IMG/VR virus record: IMGVR_UViG_3300025889_000087
Location: 32,110-96,109 of that record
Length of the DNA stretch: 64,000 nt
Origin: a virus
Reading direction: 5' to 3' (one strand)
The first letter of the stretch is position 1. Each line of letters begins with the position of its first letter. The position numbers and the translations under genes are program-made. Shown piece after piece: positions 41,118-53,200 of the stretch. The notes below the pieces were generated by a model. That model saw only the letters and a program-made list of their open reading frames with translations. It searched no databases and was not told the origin of the DNA.

Positions 41118-41812
41118 AGACAATTTACATTGACAATCGAGAGCGTTCGGGCCTTGAGGAATTGGTGAAGAAGCACGCAGCGAAGGCCAAAATCACCTGC
41201 ACGGTGCAGGAGAACATGCTCAGTGACTATTCCTTCGGGGAAGTCGGCATTGAGGCCAAGACCATGGAGGACTTCTTTCAGTCACTTCACAGTGGACACC
41301 TTGTTCGTCAATTGGACAACATGGATGACAACCTGAGCCGTTATGTGCTCGTCATCCATGGGACGTTAGACAGGTATGTCGCGGGACTGAAGCGGCGTGG
41401 TCGCTATGTGTCGTATTCGTCCATCGAAGACCAATTTATCGGTGCGCTCGCCCGCTTTGACGTGGACTATGACGTGACGATTATGCACTTCATCACCACT
41501 TCAGCAGCGGCTCGGTGGATCGTGAAGCGTTGTGAGAAGGACGGGACCGTTGGCTCAAGCAGCACCCGCACCCTTCGCAGAACCGCGTCGGAGGACGTGC
41601 GCATTGATGCCCTGCGGGCCATTGGGTGCAGCGAGGCCCAAGCCAAAGCACTGCTCGACAAGTTCGGCTCCCTCGTGGAAATTAGCGCGGCAACGAAGAA
41701 GGAATTGATGACCTTAGATGGCATTGGGAAAATCCGAGCCGACGCAATTCACACAGGCCTCACAAGTGAGCAGCCTGTGGTGAAGGAGAGGGTCAAGACG
41801 GGGACCGCGTAA
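41114..41812 (+). CDS. ERCC4/XPF-family nuclease with HhH motifs
   Basis: IYIDNRE, SDY, GIEAKTMEDF, LDGIGKIRA. Confidence 0.9.
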   Translation: MKTIYIDNRERSGLEELVKKHAAKAKITCTVQENMLSDYSFGEVGIEAKTMEDFFQSLHSGHLVRQLDNMDDNLSRYVLVIHGTLDRYVAGLKRRGRYVSYSSIEDQFIGALARFDVDYDVTIMHFITTSAAARWIVKRCEKDGTVGSSSTRTLRRTASEDVRIDALRAIGCSEAQAKALLDKFGSLVEISAATKKELMTLDGIGKIRADAIHTGLTSEQPVVKERVKTGTA

Positions 41813-41861
41813 GCATCCTTTATGACGTGGTGTTGGATGGGAGAGAACCGGAGGTTTGGGG

Positions 41862-43391
41862 ATGCTTAGACTGGAAGCCACCACTGCTGCGAATCGACAG
41901 TGGGACGACTACATGGTCGTGAATGCCGAGAATGACGGCGCACGCTTCATTCGCGGCTACATCGAGCGGTTCAACACAGTGTCATTCTTCAATGAGTTCG
42001 CAGGCTTGCTCTCTTTCTTCTTCGTGATGGGACAGGTTTGCGCCCCATACATGCGCATTCCCATTCACGGCACCTTCATTGATTGCCGCGTTCACACCTA
42101 TTGGATTCAACAATCCCGAACGGGGAAGTCAATTGCATGGGAGTTCACCGACCGGCTGCTTGAGGCTCTCGGTATTCAAAGCGAGACCTTTACCGCAGGT
42201 TCGGACGCGCGTTTGATTGGAACAATTGAGAGCCGACCAGTCATTGACGAAAACGGTCGTCCAACGGGAGAAATGGACCACATCGTCATTCCCGGCCTAC
42301 TGAACGGCTACAAGTCGATTCTTTTTGATGAGGCGAGCGTTCTTCTTAACGATCAGAAGTCGTATTTCAGCGATAAAATCCTGTATTTGCAGCAGGCCAT
42401 GGCCCCGCTCGGTTCGCGCACAAACGTGATGGTGAAGCACCTTGTCGGTGGTTCCGTCTATACGCCTTCGGGCGTTTCCCTGTGGATGACCACCTTCCCC
42501 CCAAAGGACATTATGCACCATGTGCTCGACAAGGGGTTCTTTCAGCGTGTGTTCCTCTTTCAGAATGACGTGACCGTTGAGCAGCGACAAACGGTCAGCG
42601 AGCACCGTGTCGCAGGTGCGTATGTGCGCCCCGATGAACGCATCATGGACTATGAAACGCTCGCGGGCTTCATTTCCGAATGCACTGACTTGATGAAAAA
42701 CCGCCTCTTTGACGCTATGGGCCTCGTGGACGAAATCGCTGAACGGCGTGACGAGGAAGGCAACGTCGCCGTCTATACCGTCAGTCGTGAGGAAGTGTGG
42801 AACCGCATGTCGGACGAAGATCGTGAGCGTGCCGCCATGGACCACGCATACGACATTTTCACCACGTCACCGGGCTATCACGCTGCCATCTTCAACGCCA
42901 ACGACGACTACTACTCACTGGTTCATAGCATCACCAACGAGAACGTCCGAGAAACGGCCATGTCCTTCATCCCCAACATTGAGAATTACACCTTCATTTT
43001 TTCAAATCTGATTGCGGTTATCATGCGCTCCGAAGTCGTCACTGAAGACCATGTGATGATGGCCTCGGAAATCATCTACGACAATTTTCACAACCTGATT
43101 ATTTGGCTTGAGCAGAAGCAGAACGTCACCGACAAGAAGCGTATTGCCGCTGAGCGCGGAGCGTGGGAGTCGGCCTATGGGGCGTGCAGGAAATACGTCG
43201 ATGAGCGCGACGGGGTGGAGCGAGCCATGCAAACAGAATTGCTTGAGATTTACGCCACGCAGCAGTGCATCGCTAACATCACCGCCCAACGCCGCTTCAA
43301 GCAATTGAAGGACAGTCAGCAGGTCAAAATTGTGAAGTCCGGTGCAGGTGGTCGGAACTTCGTGACACTCGCATGGGGCGGTTCATCGTGA
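41862..43391 (+). CDS. P-loop ATPase, probable divergent MCM-like replicative helicase
   Basis: SRTGKS, PGLL, ILFDEAS, GFFQR; wHTH-like C-terminus; TATA-like CTTTATGA at 41818. Confidence 0.6.
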   Translation: MLRLEATTAANRQWDDYMVVNAENDGARFIRGYIERFNTVSFFNEFAGLLSFFFVMGQVCAPYMRIPIHGTFIDCRVHTYWIQQSRTGKSIAWEFTDRLLEALGIQSETFTAGSDARLIGTIESRPVIDENGRPTGEMDHIVIPGLLNGYKSILFDEASVLLNDQKSYFSDKILYLQQAMAPLGSRTNVMVKHLVGGSVYTPSGVSLWMTTFPPKDIMHHVLDKGFFQRVFLFQNDVTVEQRQTVSEHRVAGAYVRPDERIMDYETLAGFISECTDLMKNRLFDAMGLVDEIAERRDEEGNVAVYTVSREEVWNRMSDEDRERAAMDHAYDIFTTSPGYHAAIFNANDDYYSLVHSITNENVRETAMSFIPNIENYTFIFSNLIAVIMRSEVVTEDHVMMASEIIYDNFHNLIIWLEQKQNVTDKKRIAAERGAWESAYGACRKYVDERDGVERAMQTELLEIYATQQCIANITAQRRFKQLKDSQQVKIVKSGAGGRNFVTLAWGGSS

Positions 43392-43978
43392 ATAGCAGGG
43401 AAGGAATCTGTGCGGTGTTTGATGCAAACATCGAAGCGGCGGGGTATCGGGGAGATGCCGAAATCGTTCTCATCGCCGTCGTTGGCGACAGGCGCACGAT
43501 TTACACTGACTTGTGGAGCGACGAAAGAGCGGCAATTATTGAGCGCACCCACAATTGCGAAATCCTTGGCCTTTCGTCCTTCGATCCGACACTTCCATAT
43601 GTCGGCCACAACATTCCTCAGCAATTCCCCGCGAACGATGCGTTCGACCTAATGGCGGAAGCGCAGAAAGTGAGCGCAGAAGTGCTTCAGAACGAAGGGA
43701 AGAGATATGCCCTGTCCGACTTGGCGAGGGCGAACTTACCTATTCACTCTCCAATCGGGGCACTTGAGTTCCTCACAATTGTGGACTACATGCGCTCTTT
43801 TTCCTTGTTCCGAAGCGGCAGGGAGCGCACCATGGCGAGGCAAGTCCTTCACACTGCTGATATGTGCCGCCGCTTGTTCAATACCGTGGTGAAAAAGAAG
43901 CGTCTTCGCTTCCTGAACCCGCAGACAGGAAAGAAGGCCCATGCTGAAGTGCGTTGGATGATTCAGGAGGAAGAATGA
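43388..43978 (+). CDS. Hypothetical protein, possibly a degenerate RNase H-like exonuclease
   Basis: AVFDANIE, YVGHNI, LSDLARANL; GTGA overlap. Confidence 0.55.
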   Translation: MNSREGICAVFDANIEAAGYRGDAEIVLIAVVGDRRTIYTDLWSDERAAIIERTHNCEILGLSSFDPTLPYVGHNIPQQFPANDAFDLMAEAQKVSAEVLQNEGKRYALSDLARANLPIHSPIGALEFLTIVDYMRSFSLFRSGRERTMARQVLHTADMCRRLFNTVVKKKRLRFLNPQTGKKAHAEVRWMIQEEE

Positions 43979-44161
43979 ATGCCGTGGCGGTGGGTTGAAT
44001 GCAAGACATGCAAACGTCTTCGGTGGTCTATTGCCAAGCACCCTCGGTGCAACACTGGCTCGTGCGTTTCGCAACGCTGCCGTGATGCAGATCCGCAGCC
44101 ACCTGCACCCAAGGAAAAGAAGGAAGTGAAGTGCCAAAGGTTTGATTGGGGAGGTGCATGA
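43979..44161 (+). CDS. Small Cys-rich protein
   Basis: CKTC...C...C pattern. Confidence 0.55.
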   Translation: MPWRWVECKTCKRLRWSIAKHPRCNTGSCVSQRCRDADPQPPAPKEKKEVKCQRFDWGGA

Positions 44162-44164
44162 GTT

Positions 44165-45358
44165 ATGGGCGTGTGGGGCCACGTTGAGGGCATGGTGGGC
44201 GGTTGGTCGGTCTTGAAAGGCGGGGTGTGGGAGGGGAGATTCCTTGACGACATTAGGGAAGCCGACCCCGCGATCCAATCCATTCTAAGCCAATATAAGG
44301 CCGGAACGCTGAAAAAATTGCCACAACTGCCGTGGAAGGAAGGAAAAAAGGCAACGGTCCCTTGGACGGCCATGCGCGACGAAGGAATTGGATTCGCGGA
44401 CCTTGAGGGCTTCAACAACCCCGAAGGCAACATGCTTCCGGCCCCGCTTAATTGGACCGGCGGAAAAACACTGATTATGCCATACCTGCGAGGCATCCGG
44501 CAGAAACTCGACGGTGACTTCATACCCGCCGAATTGTTTGGTGGCAGCGGTTCGTTCATTTTCGGCATGAATGACCCGCGGGCTCGCGGCCTCTATGGCG
44601 ACATCAACCCCGATCTCACCAATCTCATGCAGCATCTCAAGGGGGGTATCGGAGAGGTGCGTATTCCGCGCGACAAGGAAGAGATGCGGGGAATGATTGA
44701 TCGCATGAATGAATTGCGCGAACGGCGCGATGTGGGAGGCCACGCGCTTGCGCACCATCAGTCGGAAGAACTCGCACGTCTGTTGCTCGGCACAAACCTT
44801 CAGACCCGCGACGGGATATTTCGATACGAACCTTGGGGGGTTGATGTAGACGGATATACGGATGGGCGCATCAAGATGCCTTCATTCCGTCAAGCCGGAA
44901 CCGGGGCCAATTATCGGGTGATGCCTTGGGAAGTGGGTTCGCTTGATTACGGACCGTATGCAGAAAGGCTCGCAAACGTGGACATCCACACTGGCCCCAT
45001 CACCGATACGGCCCGCCATTTGACGCCTGAGCATCTGCTTTATCTCGATCCGCCGTATCTGACCCGTGACATCGACTACGGCGGGGCGGATGAACAAAAA
45101 GCAGGAAAGACTCTCGATGACGAACTGCAAATGGACGCACTGCGTATTGGTGCTGAACACGAAGGTCCTGTCATCTTGTCGAATTACCTTTACGACAAAA
45201 ACACGGGTGAGCCACTACACGACTACATCGACGCTTTGCAGGAGCACGGATTCACCATCCACCCATGGATTAGAAAACCGAAGGGGACCAAGAACCCGCA
45301 GGTCGAAGCCATCGCTACACGCAACATCCCCACGGATGTGCAATCTACCCTGTTCTGA
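44165..45358 (+). CDS. Dam-like (D12 class, alpha group) N6-adenine DNA methyltransferase
   Basis: PLNWTGGK, ELFGGSGS, GDINPDL, LYLDPPY, VILSN; N-terminal extension with WSVLKG; ends QSTLF. Confidence 0.88.
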   Translation: MGVWGHVEGMVGGWSVLKGGVWEGRFLDDIREADPAIQSILSQYKAGTLKKLPQLPWKEGKKATVPWTAMRDEGIGFADLEGFNNPEGNMLPAPLNWTGGKTLIMPYLRGIRQKLDGDFIPAELFGGSGSFIFGMNDPRARGLYGDINPDLTNLMQHLKGGIGEVRIPRDKEEMRGMIDRMNELRERRDVGGHALAHHQSEELARLLLGTNLQTRDGIFRYEPWGVDVDGYTDGRIKMPSFRQAGTGANYRVMPWEVGSLDYGPYAERLANVDIHTGPITDTARHLTPEHLLYLDPPYLTRDIDYGGADEQKAGKTLDDELQMDALRIGAEHEGPVILSNYLYDKNTGEPLHDYIDALQEHGFTIHPWIRKPKGTKNPQVEAIATRNIPTDVQSTLF

Positions 45359-45359
45359 T

Positions 45360-45635
45360 TCAGCGGTCGCGGGCAACACGCCCGCCGCCTGCTCCAAGGT
45401 CCCGTCGCATCTTGGGACGGGCACCGCTGCCCGAACCCCTCACCTTTGACCGCGAATAACGAGCGCGTGTGCGCTTTTCCTTGTTCTTCCTCGACACTGA
45501 ATACGCTCGCCGCTTCTGTTGTCGTTCAGCACGACCTTCTGAGGGGTCACGGGTGTAGCCTCGGAACTCACCCTTTACGACAGACCAACCGATCCCAAAG
45601 GCTCGCTCTTCAGGCGAGGGCGTGCGTTCCTCCAC
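45360..45635 (-). CDS. Small, very basic protein with tag-like N-terminus
   Basis: RAFGIGWSVVKG followed by an Arg/Lys-rich body. Confidence 0.7.
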   Translation of the reverse strand: MEERTPSPEERAFGIGWSVVKGEFRGYTRDPSEGRAERQQKRRAYSVSRKNKEKRTRARYSRSKVRGSGSGARPKMRRDLGAGGGRVARDR

Positions 45636-45769
45636 AGTTCACCACACGTCGGGCATTCCCATATGAAGATACGGTCGCGGGAACCGGCATAGAAGCCGTT
45701 TATTCGCACGGCGAGCACTGCCTCGGAGCAACCGGGGCAGGTCTGTTCGACCTTGGCTCGGTATTTCAT
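45575..45769 (-). CDS. Small Zn-ribbon protein
   Basis: CPGC...WECPTCG. Confidence 0.7.
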   Translation of the reverse strand: MKYRAKVEQTCPGCSEAVLAVRINGFYAGSRDRIFIWECPTCGELWRNARPRLKSEPLGSVGLS

Positions 45770-45775
45770 GGCGAA

Positions 45776-46879
45776 TCACCCGTTGTAGGTATAGATGAAG
45801 ACCACATCACCGATACCAAGGGGTCCGAGAGGGGCGATGACTGTGGTTGCGAGATCGAGAAAGGTGATGGTTGAGCCCGACACCGTGTAGTGAATCCCTT
45901 CGCGGAGGGGGCACATTTGCGTGGAGGCGGAACCAAACCAAACTGCGCTAATGACGTGTTCTCCACCCGTAGATGGTGCAGCAATTGGTGTATAGGTAAG
46001 GCTACCACCGCTGCCCGGACCAGTGTAGGAAATTGTCTGCTTGTCCTGACGAGAGAGAGGCGTGATTTGGTGCGCCGTGCCTTGATCGTCAGCGTAGTAT
46101 AGGTGAGTTTCACCGGAACCGGGCAAGGCCCCGCCGGGGTCGCGTGCATAAAGCAAACCCATGTTGGTGATGGGAAGGTTGCCCGCCGTCAAGGCAGGAG
46201 TCGTGCCGTAGTCGTTGAGCGGGTCTGTTTCTGTGGATGAACTGTCGAAAAGCGCGGTCAGGGGCAGTGGCCCGCCGCGGATGAACACGCGCTTGTCCTC
46301 GACGGATGCGACGACAAGGGGTGAGGCATAGGTGACGCGAATGGCCGCGAGAATGCACGATTGCTTGATGAGATGGCTCGACGGCATCTGCGGATAAATG
46401 CCGGTTGAAGTGTCCACCACGGTGCCGCAGACCAAACCAATGTTGTTCGTGCCGCTGAGTTCAGGGTCCACAATTACGAGAACCCAACATTCCTCATTCA
46501 GCGCAGACGGCAGAACCATACCGCCCGCATTGAAGCGTGAGTTATAGTAAGAGGGCGTATTGAAATTGAATGCTGAGGCACTGCCGACGTTGTAGAAGGC
46601 ACCGTCGAGGCAGACCACACCAGTGTCCACGAAAATGGAATTGGTCGCACCACCCGTGTTTGGGCGAACGCAGGCGTTCCCGCTGATTGGATTATTGCGT
46701 GAAGCGTCGGAACCGTAATCCGTCATGGTGATGGGCACGACACCGTTCCCAAGCCCGCGCTCAAGGAAGCCGGTCAGGGTAGCCGTCGAGAGCACGTCCG
46801 TGTCGCGCAGCCCGTCAGCCTGCCATGTGGCTCCCGTGCCCGTCTTTTCGTGTCCCTCGCCAATGCCCGTCGTCCCCAT
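45776..46879 (-). CDS. Putative virion structural (tail) protein
   Basis: G/T/S/N-rich; coupled with the tail operon. Confidence 0.65.
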   Translation of the reverse strand: MGTTGIGEGHEKTGTGATWQADGLRDTDVLSTATLTGFLERGLGNGVVPITMTDYGSDASRNNPISGNACVRPNTGGATNSIFVDTGVVCLDGAFYNVGSASAFNFNTPSYYNSRFNAGGMVLPSALNEECWVLVIVDPELSGTNNIGLVCGTVVDTSTGIYPQMPSSHLIKQSCILAAIRVTYASPLVVASVEDKRVFIRGGPLPLTALFDSSSTETDPLNDYGTTPALTAGNLPITNMGLLYARDPGGALPGSGETHLYYADDQGTAHQITPLSRQDKQTISYTGPGSGGSLTYTPIAAPSTGGEHVISAVWFGSASTQMCPLREGIHYTVSGSTITFLDLATTVIAPLGPLGIGDVVFIYTYNG

Positions 46880-47220
46880 CAGCGCACCTCCATTACAACA
46901 TCAACGCGAATCTCATTGGTTGCGTTCTTGCTGATAGGGATAAAGGAAGCACGAAATGCAGGGCTATCGAGCGGGGTTGCCCCATGCAACACCACTTCCT
47001 TCACGTCGCTCGCTGCAATATGCTGCGTGTCGAAAACACCAGTGATAGACACCGCTCGATCGTCGATGCGTTGAACGGTGGGCGTCACACTGAACGCGAC
47101 GTTGCCTGCCCCACCGTCACGACTGGTGGCGCGGCCTCCGGTGGTCCCAAGACTCATTTTGCTGATGAGCGTTTGCAGGTGAGCCGCCAATTCCGCTTTG
47201 ATTCCGTCAAGCACAGGCAT
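46879..47220 (-). CDS. Putative small tail/baseplate protein
   Basis: MSLGT...KEVVL...FRASFIPISKNATNEIRV pattern; operon position. Confidence 0.65.
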   Translation of the reverse strand: MPVLDGIKAELAAHLQTLISKMSLGTTGGRATSRDGGAGNVAFSVTPTVQRIDDRAVSITGVFDTQHIAASDVKEVVLHGATPLDSPAFRASFIPISKNATNEIRVDVVMEVR

Positions 47221-50200
47221 TCAACGCACCTCGTAGAAAACGCTCTTGGAATGACCCACGGGGTCCATCCTTTTTGATGCTACCCGCAGGTTATCACCGT
47301 CACCGATAGCCACCACGTTGTTGGCCGTCAGGACAATTGTTGTTGCCGTCACCGACGACACAAACCCAACCAATTCGTGGTCGTCGTTCAGAACGGCGTC
47401 GTATTGCGAATAGCGCAGCGTGGCGTCCGTCCCCGCCACGTTCAGCGTCGTGGTTGTGCCCGCACCCACCGCGCCGTTCTTCGTCACGCCCGTTTGGCCG
47501 CCACGCACACCGATGCTCCCCAATTGATGAGTGGTGGGCTCTCCGCGGTGCCTTGCGCCAATCAAGAGGCGCGTGCCGTTCACGAACCGCGTCAGGACGC
47601 GCTGAGCCGACACCACGCGGATGGGGGCGTTGAGCGAGATGGAGAACTGCTCCTTAGTGCGCGTCGGGTCTTCGTCCTGCACGGCAGCAGTGGACGACTG
47701 AAGGTCTGCGATAAGCCCCTCAATGCCCTTTTCGTATTGCCCAATGATGAGATCGCTCGTCCCTGCGGCATAGTCGTGGCGCACTTCAAAAACGGCGAAC
47801 TCACCGCGGATGTTCTCAATTGAGAAATCCACGTTGATGATTTCGCCGGGGCGAATGTCGGTTGATTGCAGCAGCCCTTCAACACGAATGAGGGAAGAGC
47901 CTTGTGTCGAACGGCGGAGAAGGCCCTTAGCGAGTCGCAAGGCGACACTGCGCTCGCGCACACCCGGAACGCTGACCTTCATAGTGCGCTCGACACCCTC
48001 TTCGCCACCGGGGCCGCCCATCTCACGCATCTTCTCCACGTCGCGCACGTCGCCACGGACGATTTCATTTTGAGCCACCATGTCGCCCTCCACAATGACG
48101 TGGTTCGCCATCTCAAGCATGGTGCTCACTGTAATGTTGCGAGGCCCGCTGCTCGTTCCCACGCGCCGCTCTTTGCCGGTAAAGACTTCGGGAGAATAGA
48201 TGAGAAGGCCGTTTTCGCTCAATGACAATTGGTGTCCGTCAATACGCGACAGGTCCCGCAGAATGTCCATGACGCCAATGCCTCGCCCTTTGCGGCTGAT
48301 GAAGGATCCACTGTGCATGAGCATGTCACGCAGCGAGGGGTGGCTGAAAAGGAAGGCCGTGCGTGCTGCGGTCAGGCTCATGTTTGACGACGAATAATCC
48401 GCATACACGCCCGTGTCTGTCGTGGCTTGTTCGTGCTGAATTGTGAAGATAGTGAGGTCTGCGCCGGGGATAGCAGAAGCCAAATCGTTGAGCAGCATGA
48501 GCGCGGCGTCACTGGTGCGAACACCGACACCCATGTGCTGCCCGAAGCGCACCGCGCCAATCCCCATTCCCGCCGCGCTCAGCGTTTCTGCGTTCAGGTT
48601 GCGGAAGAGCACTTCCGTATCATCATCACCGCGAACTCCCGCAACCCTCCAACGCTTCTGCCCTTCATCAATCAGGTATGGTGGTGCAAAGGTGCTGATG
48701 AGTCTTCCGTCTACATACGGCGTAAGCAGACCGCCTGTTCCCGGTGCGCGACGATAGGACACAAAACCACCATTCTGCCCGTCGCTTAGCACGAATCGCT
48801 GAGGACTGAGCATGATGAAGTCTGATGGGTTGTAGTGTCCGATGCCGCGGTATGCCATGTTTGTCGCATAATCTGTGGAGTCGTCACTGCTTGTCGCATC
48901 CCACTTGTCGCTCAGCAACATGCCGACGCTCACCGCATTGTCCACCAAGGACGGAAGAACGACGAGGGGGACGGTGGGTGGTGTGAGGTTGGCGACAGTC
49001 GCCACTTCCAAAGCAGTGGCCGAACCCTGCCGAACTTCATAACCCGCCAAATCTGCAATAGAACTGCACTGCCCCGTCGCTGAAAGGATGGTGAACTTCG
49101 TCTCCGTGCGCGACGAATAGCGCACTGAGCCAGTCAAGCCGATAATGACGAGGTAGCCGCTCTTGGAGAAAGCCGTAGCGTCCTCAACGATAAGTGCGGC
49201 TCCTGTGTCGAACTTGATGGTGGTTCGGGGACCAAGTGCCGCGAGAGCATAGTCCGGTTGCTTCCTCACCGCTTCAACGTCCTTATCGCGCCGGAAATAG
49301 GGGTCGAGGGCGAAAGTGTCGTCGGTGGTATAGACCGTTTCCGTTTGAGAGATGGTCTCGCCACCGCCGGGGTGTGTGCTTTGCGAATAGCGAGCGTCCA
49401 CGAAAGCGTTCAGCACGCCGTTGCGATCGCGACGGGCCGCATCAGACTTGAAGTGCTGAAGCATGTTGGCCGAGGGAATCAAGTGCCACACGACATCGCG
49501 CTCATTTGCGTCCGGCCATTCAATGGTCGGAGCGGCGTCATAGGGAGATGAAATACCCTGAATGTCCCCTCCCTGCGAGTTGGTCGAGGATTCAAACATC
49601 CCATACCGCTTGTCACGGGTGAATGGTTGGTCCTTCGACCCTGCTTCGGTGATGGTTGCGTATGGTCCAAGCAGCCATCCATCCTGATTCATCAGGCTCC
49701 CGTCAGAATTGTTCTCGGAGGTGTAGCCGAACACCTTCAGGGGGCGCACCATGCGCACGATGTAGTCGGCATAACGACGGACTGGCTGCGCGATTTGCGC
49801 CTTTGCAGTGGCGTTTGTCCCACCTTGCCTCGTTCGGAGAAGGTCGCCGTCTTCACGCCGTTCAAGCCACGTTTTGCGCAGAATGAACACACCACCCCAT
49901 GGCGGCAGGTCCGCGGATCCACGCACGGCCCAATGGTCGCGGATGCCCGCCCCATCTGCTTGTTGAATGTCGTCGCTGAAGGGGTTAGAGAGTGCCGAGA
50001 GGTCAGTGTCTTCATTCAGCGTCCATTTGGGCTTAGCCACACGTTGGTTGGGGTTTGATTGGCCGCCATAGGTGTCATTCGGACGACCCGCAGTGGTCGT
50101 AATGCTGCCCTTTGACGCGCCTGTCTTTGTCCACCGTGTCTCCTGAACCCACGACGGCGTGACGGGGAAGATTTGCCCCACCCCAAGGTCAGAATGCAGG

Positions 50201-53200
50201 GACACCGCTTTTGTGCTCGTGACGATGTAGTCGGTGTTGCGTCCTTCCGACCGCTCCGTTTCCGTTTCCACATTTAGGCCAAGGCGAGGGGACAAATCCG
50301 ACTGAACCTGCCGGTGGTCCGCGATTTCGTGTAGGGGAATAGGCAGTGTCCCACGCTCGGCTTGGGTGGTGTCGGGCATATTCCTGCTCGTTCCCCATCC
50401 AACGGCGGGGAAGTGCTCTTGAGTAGCCGTTTTCACGTCCACCGGATGTGCATTGAGATGAAGGTTGGTGCCTTTTTGATGGTAGAACTCACTGCCGACG
50501 GAGGCACCGAACTCAGACGACTGAAGCACGGCTTCGACCGATCCTGCTGCCTTTGTTTTGCTTCCCGAATGATGATTCAGACCGATGATGGGGTCCGAAC
50601 CAGTGTTCACGGACTTCGCTTCCATGAACTTAGCACTTGAACCCGTGATGGTGGCGAACTCGGTCCTGTGCGCGTCAATGAGGCCCGCAGGCATGGCTCG
50701 TGGACTCACCATGCCGAGCATTTCGTGCTGAAGCACACGCCCCATACCCACGCGCCGTTCGCCCTGCGCCCATGGGGCGTTGGATAGTCGGTTGAAGCCC
50801 TGCCCGTCATAGGCCTCATTCGTCTGCTGACTCACAACGAAGCCGATAGGCACAGTGCGTTCAACGCCCGTGTAGGACGTTCCGGTGGGCCACGGCCAGT
50901 CGCCACCCGTCGGCAAGTCGTTCAGCGAGTCGTGCTTACCACCGTCGAACCGAGCCGAACGGAGAATGGAGTCCATGGAGGCTGACGTTTCCGCAGGATC
51001 TCCTGCAAGCATGTTCAATGCGTCACTGGCGTTGCGGAAGCCGAAGGCACGCACGGGCAAGCGACGGCTCCAATCAATGGCGACGAGGGGGTCGTGAACG
51101 GCTACGGTCACGTTCCAATCCTGCGTCCCATCACTGTCGAGAACGCGGCGGATGGGGACCTTCCGTGGGCTCAGCCCGTCCCCAATTCCTTCACCGCGAC
51201 TGAAGCGATGTGGCTCACCGTTTGCGGTGAATTGCGGAAGCAATTCAAGCGTCCCGTGTGCTTCCCGCAGACCCGAATGCCCCATGAGAACGGCACCTGC
51301 GGCCTTCTGACCCCAATTGGTCCCATGACCGCCTGCGTTCAGACCGTTGTAGCCGTATTGTTGAAGCCATTGAAATGCGTAAATGCGCTCAAAGGGCATC
51401 CCGTGATCGACATTTGACGAACCAGTGTCGTGAGCGTTGCGCAAATACAAACCCCGCACCGCAGGTTGCTGAACGGCATTCGGCATTCCTGCCTGACGAT
51501 AGCGGAACGTCAGGTATTGCTCACGAACGGTGCCGAGCAAGGCAGGGTGGGCGTATTCGGCGGTCCATGTGCAAAGGAAGGCGTCGGGGGTGGCCCCCGA
51601 GTTCGTGTCTGACGGCCCAAGCAACGCAAGGTCTTGGTGTGCATTATTTGCGCTAAATGATACAGCAGTTTCGTCTGTCGCCACTGGGACGGCTGATGCG
51701 TTCACCAAGTCGGGGTCGTGAACAAGCAGGGGCGGGACAGTGGCGAGTTCGGTCGCCACACGAGGCGTCCGCCAACCCGGCCCAAGCCCCAACATGGAAT
51801 AGACGAATGGGTCACTGCCTGTGTTTTCGTGCCCCGCGTCAATCCAAGCAGGTGGAGGACGACCGCCCATCAACAGGTAGTCGCTAATCATGAAGCCGTT
51901 CAAGGTGAACTCTTCACCTGCGTTGTGCCGGTTGTTCACTGTCCGCGCAACGGACACCCCAATAGAAACTGGCCCCTGCGTCAATGCGGCAGAATATGGA
52001 CCGCTGCCGTCCTGTCCGGTGTAGGCATTTACCCAACGGGTCTGTTCGGTCGCACCCTCAACCTTGGTGTGCAATTGACCGGGAGCGAAAAGCACGTCGA
52101 TTTGCTCATGCGGTGCGTTGCCGTCATAACGGAGCCAATTCGGCAAACCCCGCCCCTCGATTTCACCCATCGGGAAGCCATCAGAAGCAAAGGAACCTGT
52201 GTTATACGTCTCGCCCTTTACCTCCATAGTGTCGAGATAGTAGAGCGTCGAGGACGGCGGGCTGCTGAGGCCATTATAGACCGATTGGAAGCCCCAGTGC
52301 TTGTGTTCGGACTCGGCCTCAAAGAGCAGGGTGTAGGCCGAGCCGTGCGAACGGTGCAGTTGTCGTCGGAGAGCCTTCGGTGTGCCCCTTGTGGTTAGTG
52401 GGGTGATGAAATGGTGGCCCTGACGACCAAAGCGGATGCGGTGGTGCGGGTGGGTGTAGGTTTGCTCCACACCGTTGTCCGTTTCAGTGAGCACTGATCC
52501 GCGCTCGGTATGGTCGCTGAGCCGATGAGCAGCATAGAGGCGCGTGGTGCCGCTTGGAACGGCACCGGGCGTTGTGTTAGGGGTGAGGCCGAACTTGGGC
52601 GTCATGTCGTCGTGCAGAATGCGCACGGGGTGGAAATGCAGAACACGGTCATGCGTGTCGAAAGACGTGGTTTGGTTGTTGGCTTCTCGGACACCGGCTT
52701 CTTCGGTGGTGGGTGCGCTCAGCCCACCCATGCCCCACGACAGGTTGCTCCATGCCTGCACACGATCGTGACCGGAGCGAACGAGAATGTTCCCCGGAAT
52801 CGCGTCCTGTGAAGGCAGGTTGATGCTAAGGTTGGGTTCAATCCCGCTCCCGACGGTGGACGGGAGGGGGGACTCAGTGCCGGTGGCGGGATTGACCCGA
52901 TTTTGATTGTGTGTGTAATCCTTGATGACTGTTCCGAATGGAGAGCCACCTTGGAGCACGAGTTCCTGCCCTTTATCATCAATGACTGAAAGATTCTCCC
53001 ACACCATTTCCTCGTTGGGAATGACAAGCCCGCGCACACGTTCCGTGTTCACTGCTCGGGTGGTTCGGAAGGGGCGGCAGACGTAGCCCTGCGCACCAGT
53101 GAACGAGTCAGACGCAGTGGTGATGGTCGCCTTCTCGCTCTTCAGACCGAACTTTTCGACCGCTTTTGCCGCATTCACCGACGAAGCACGAAGGTTGCCC

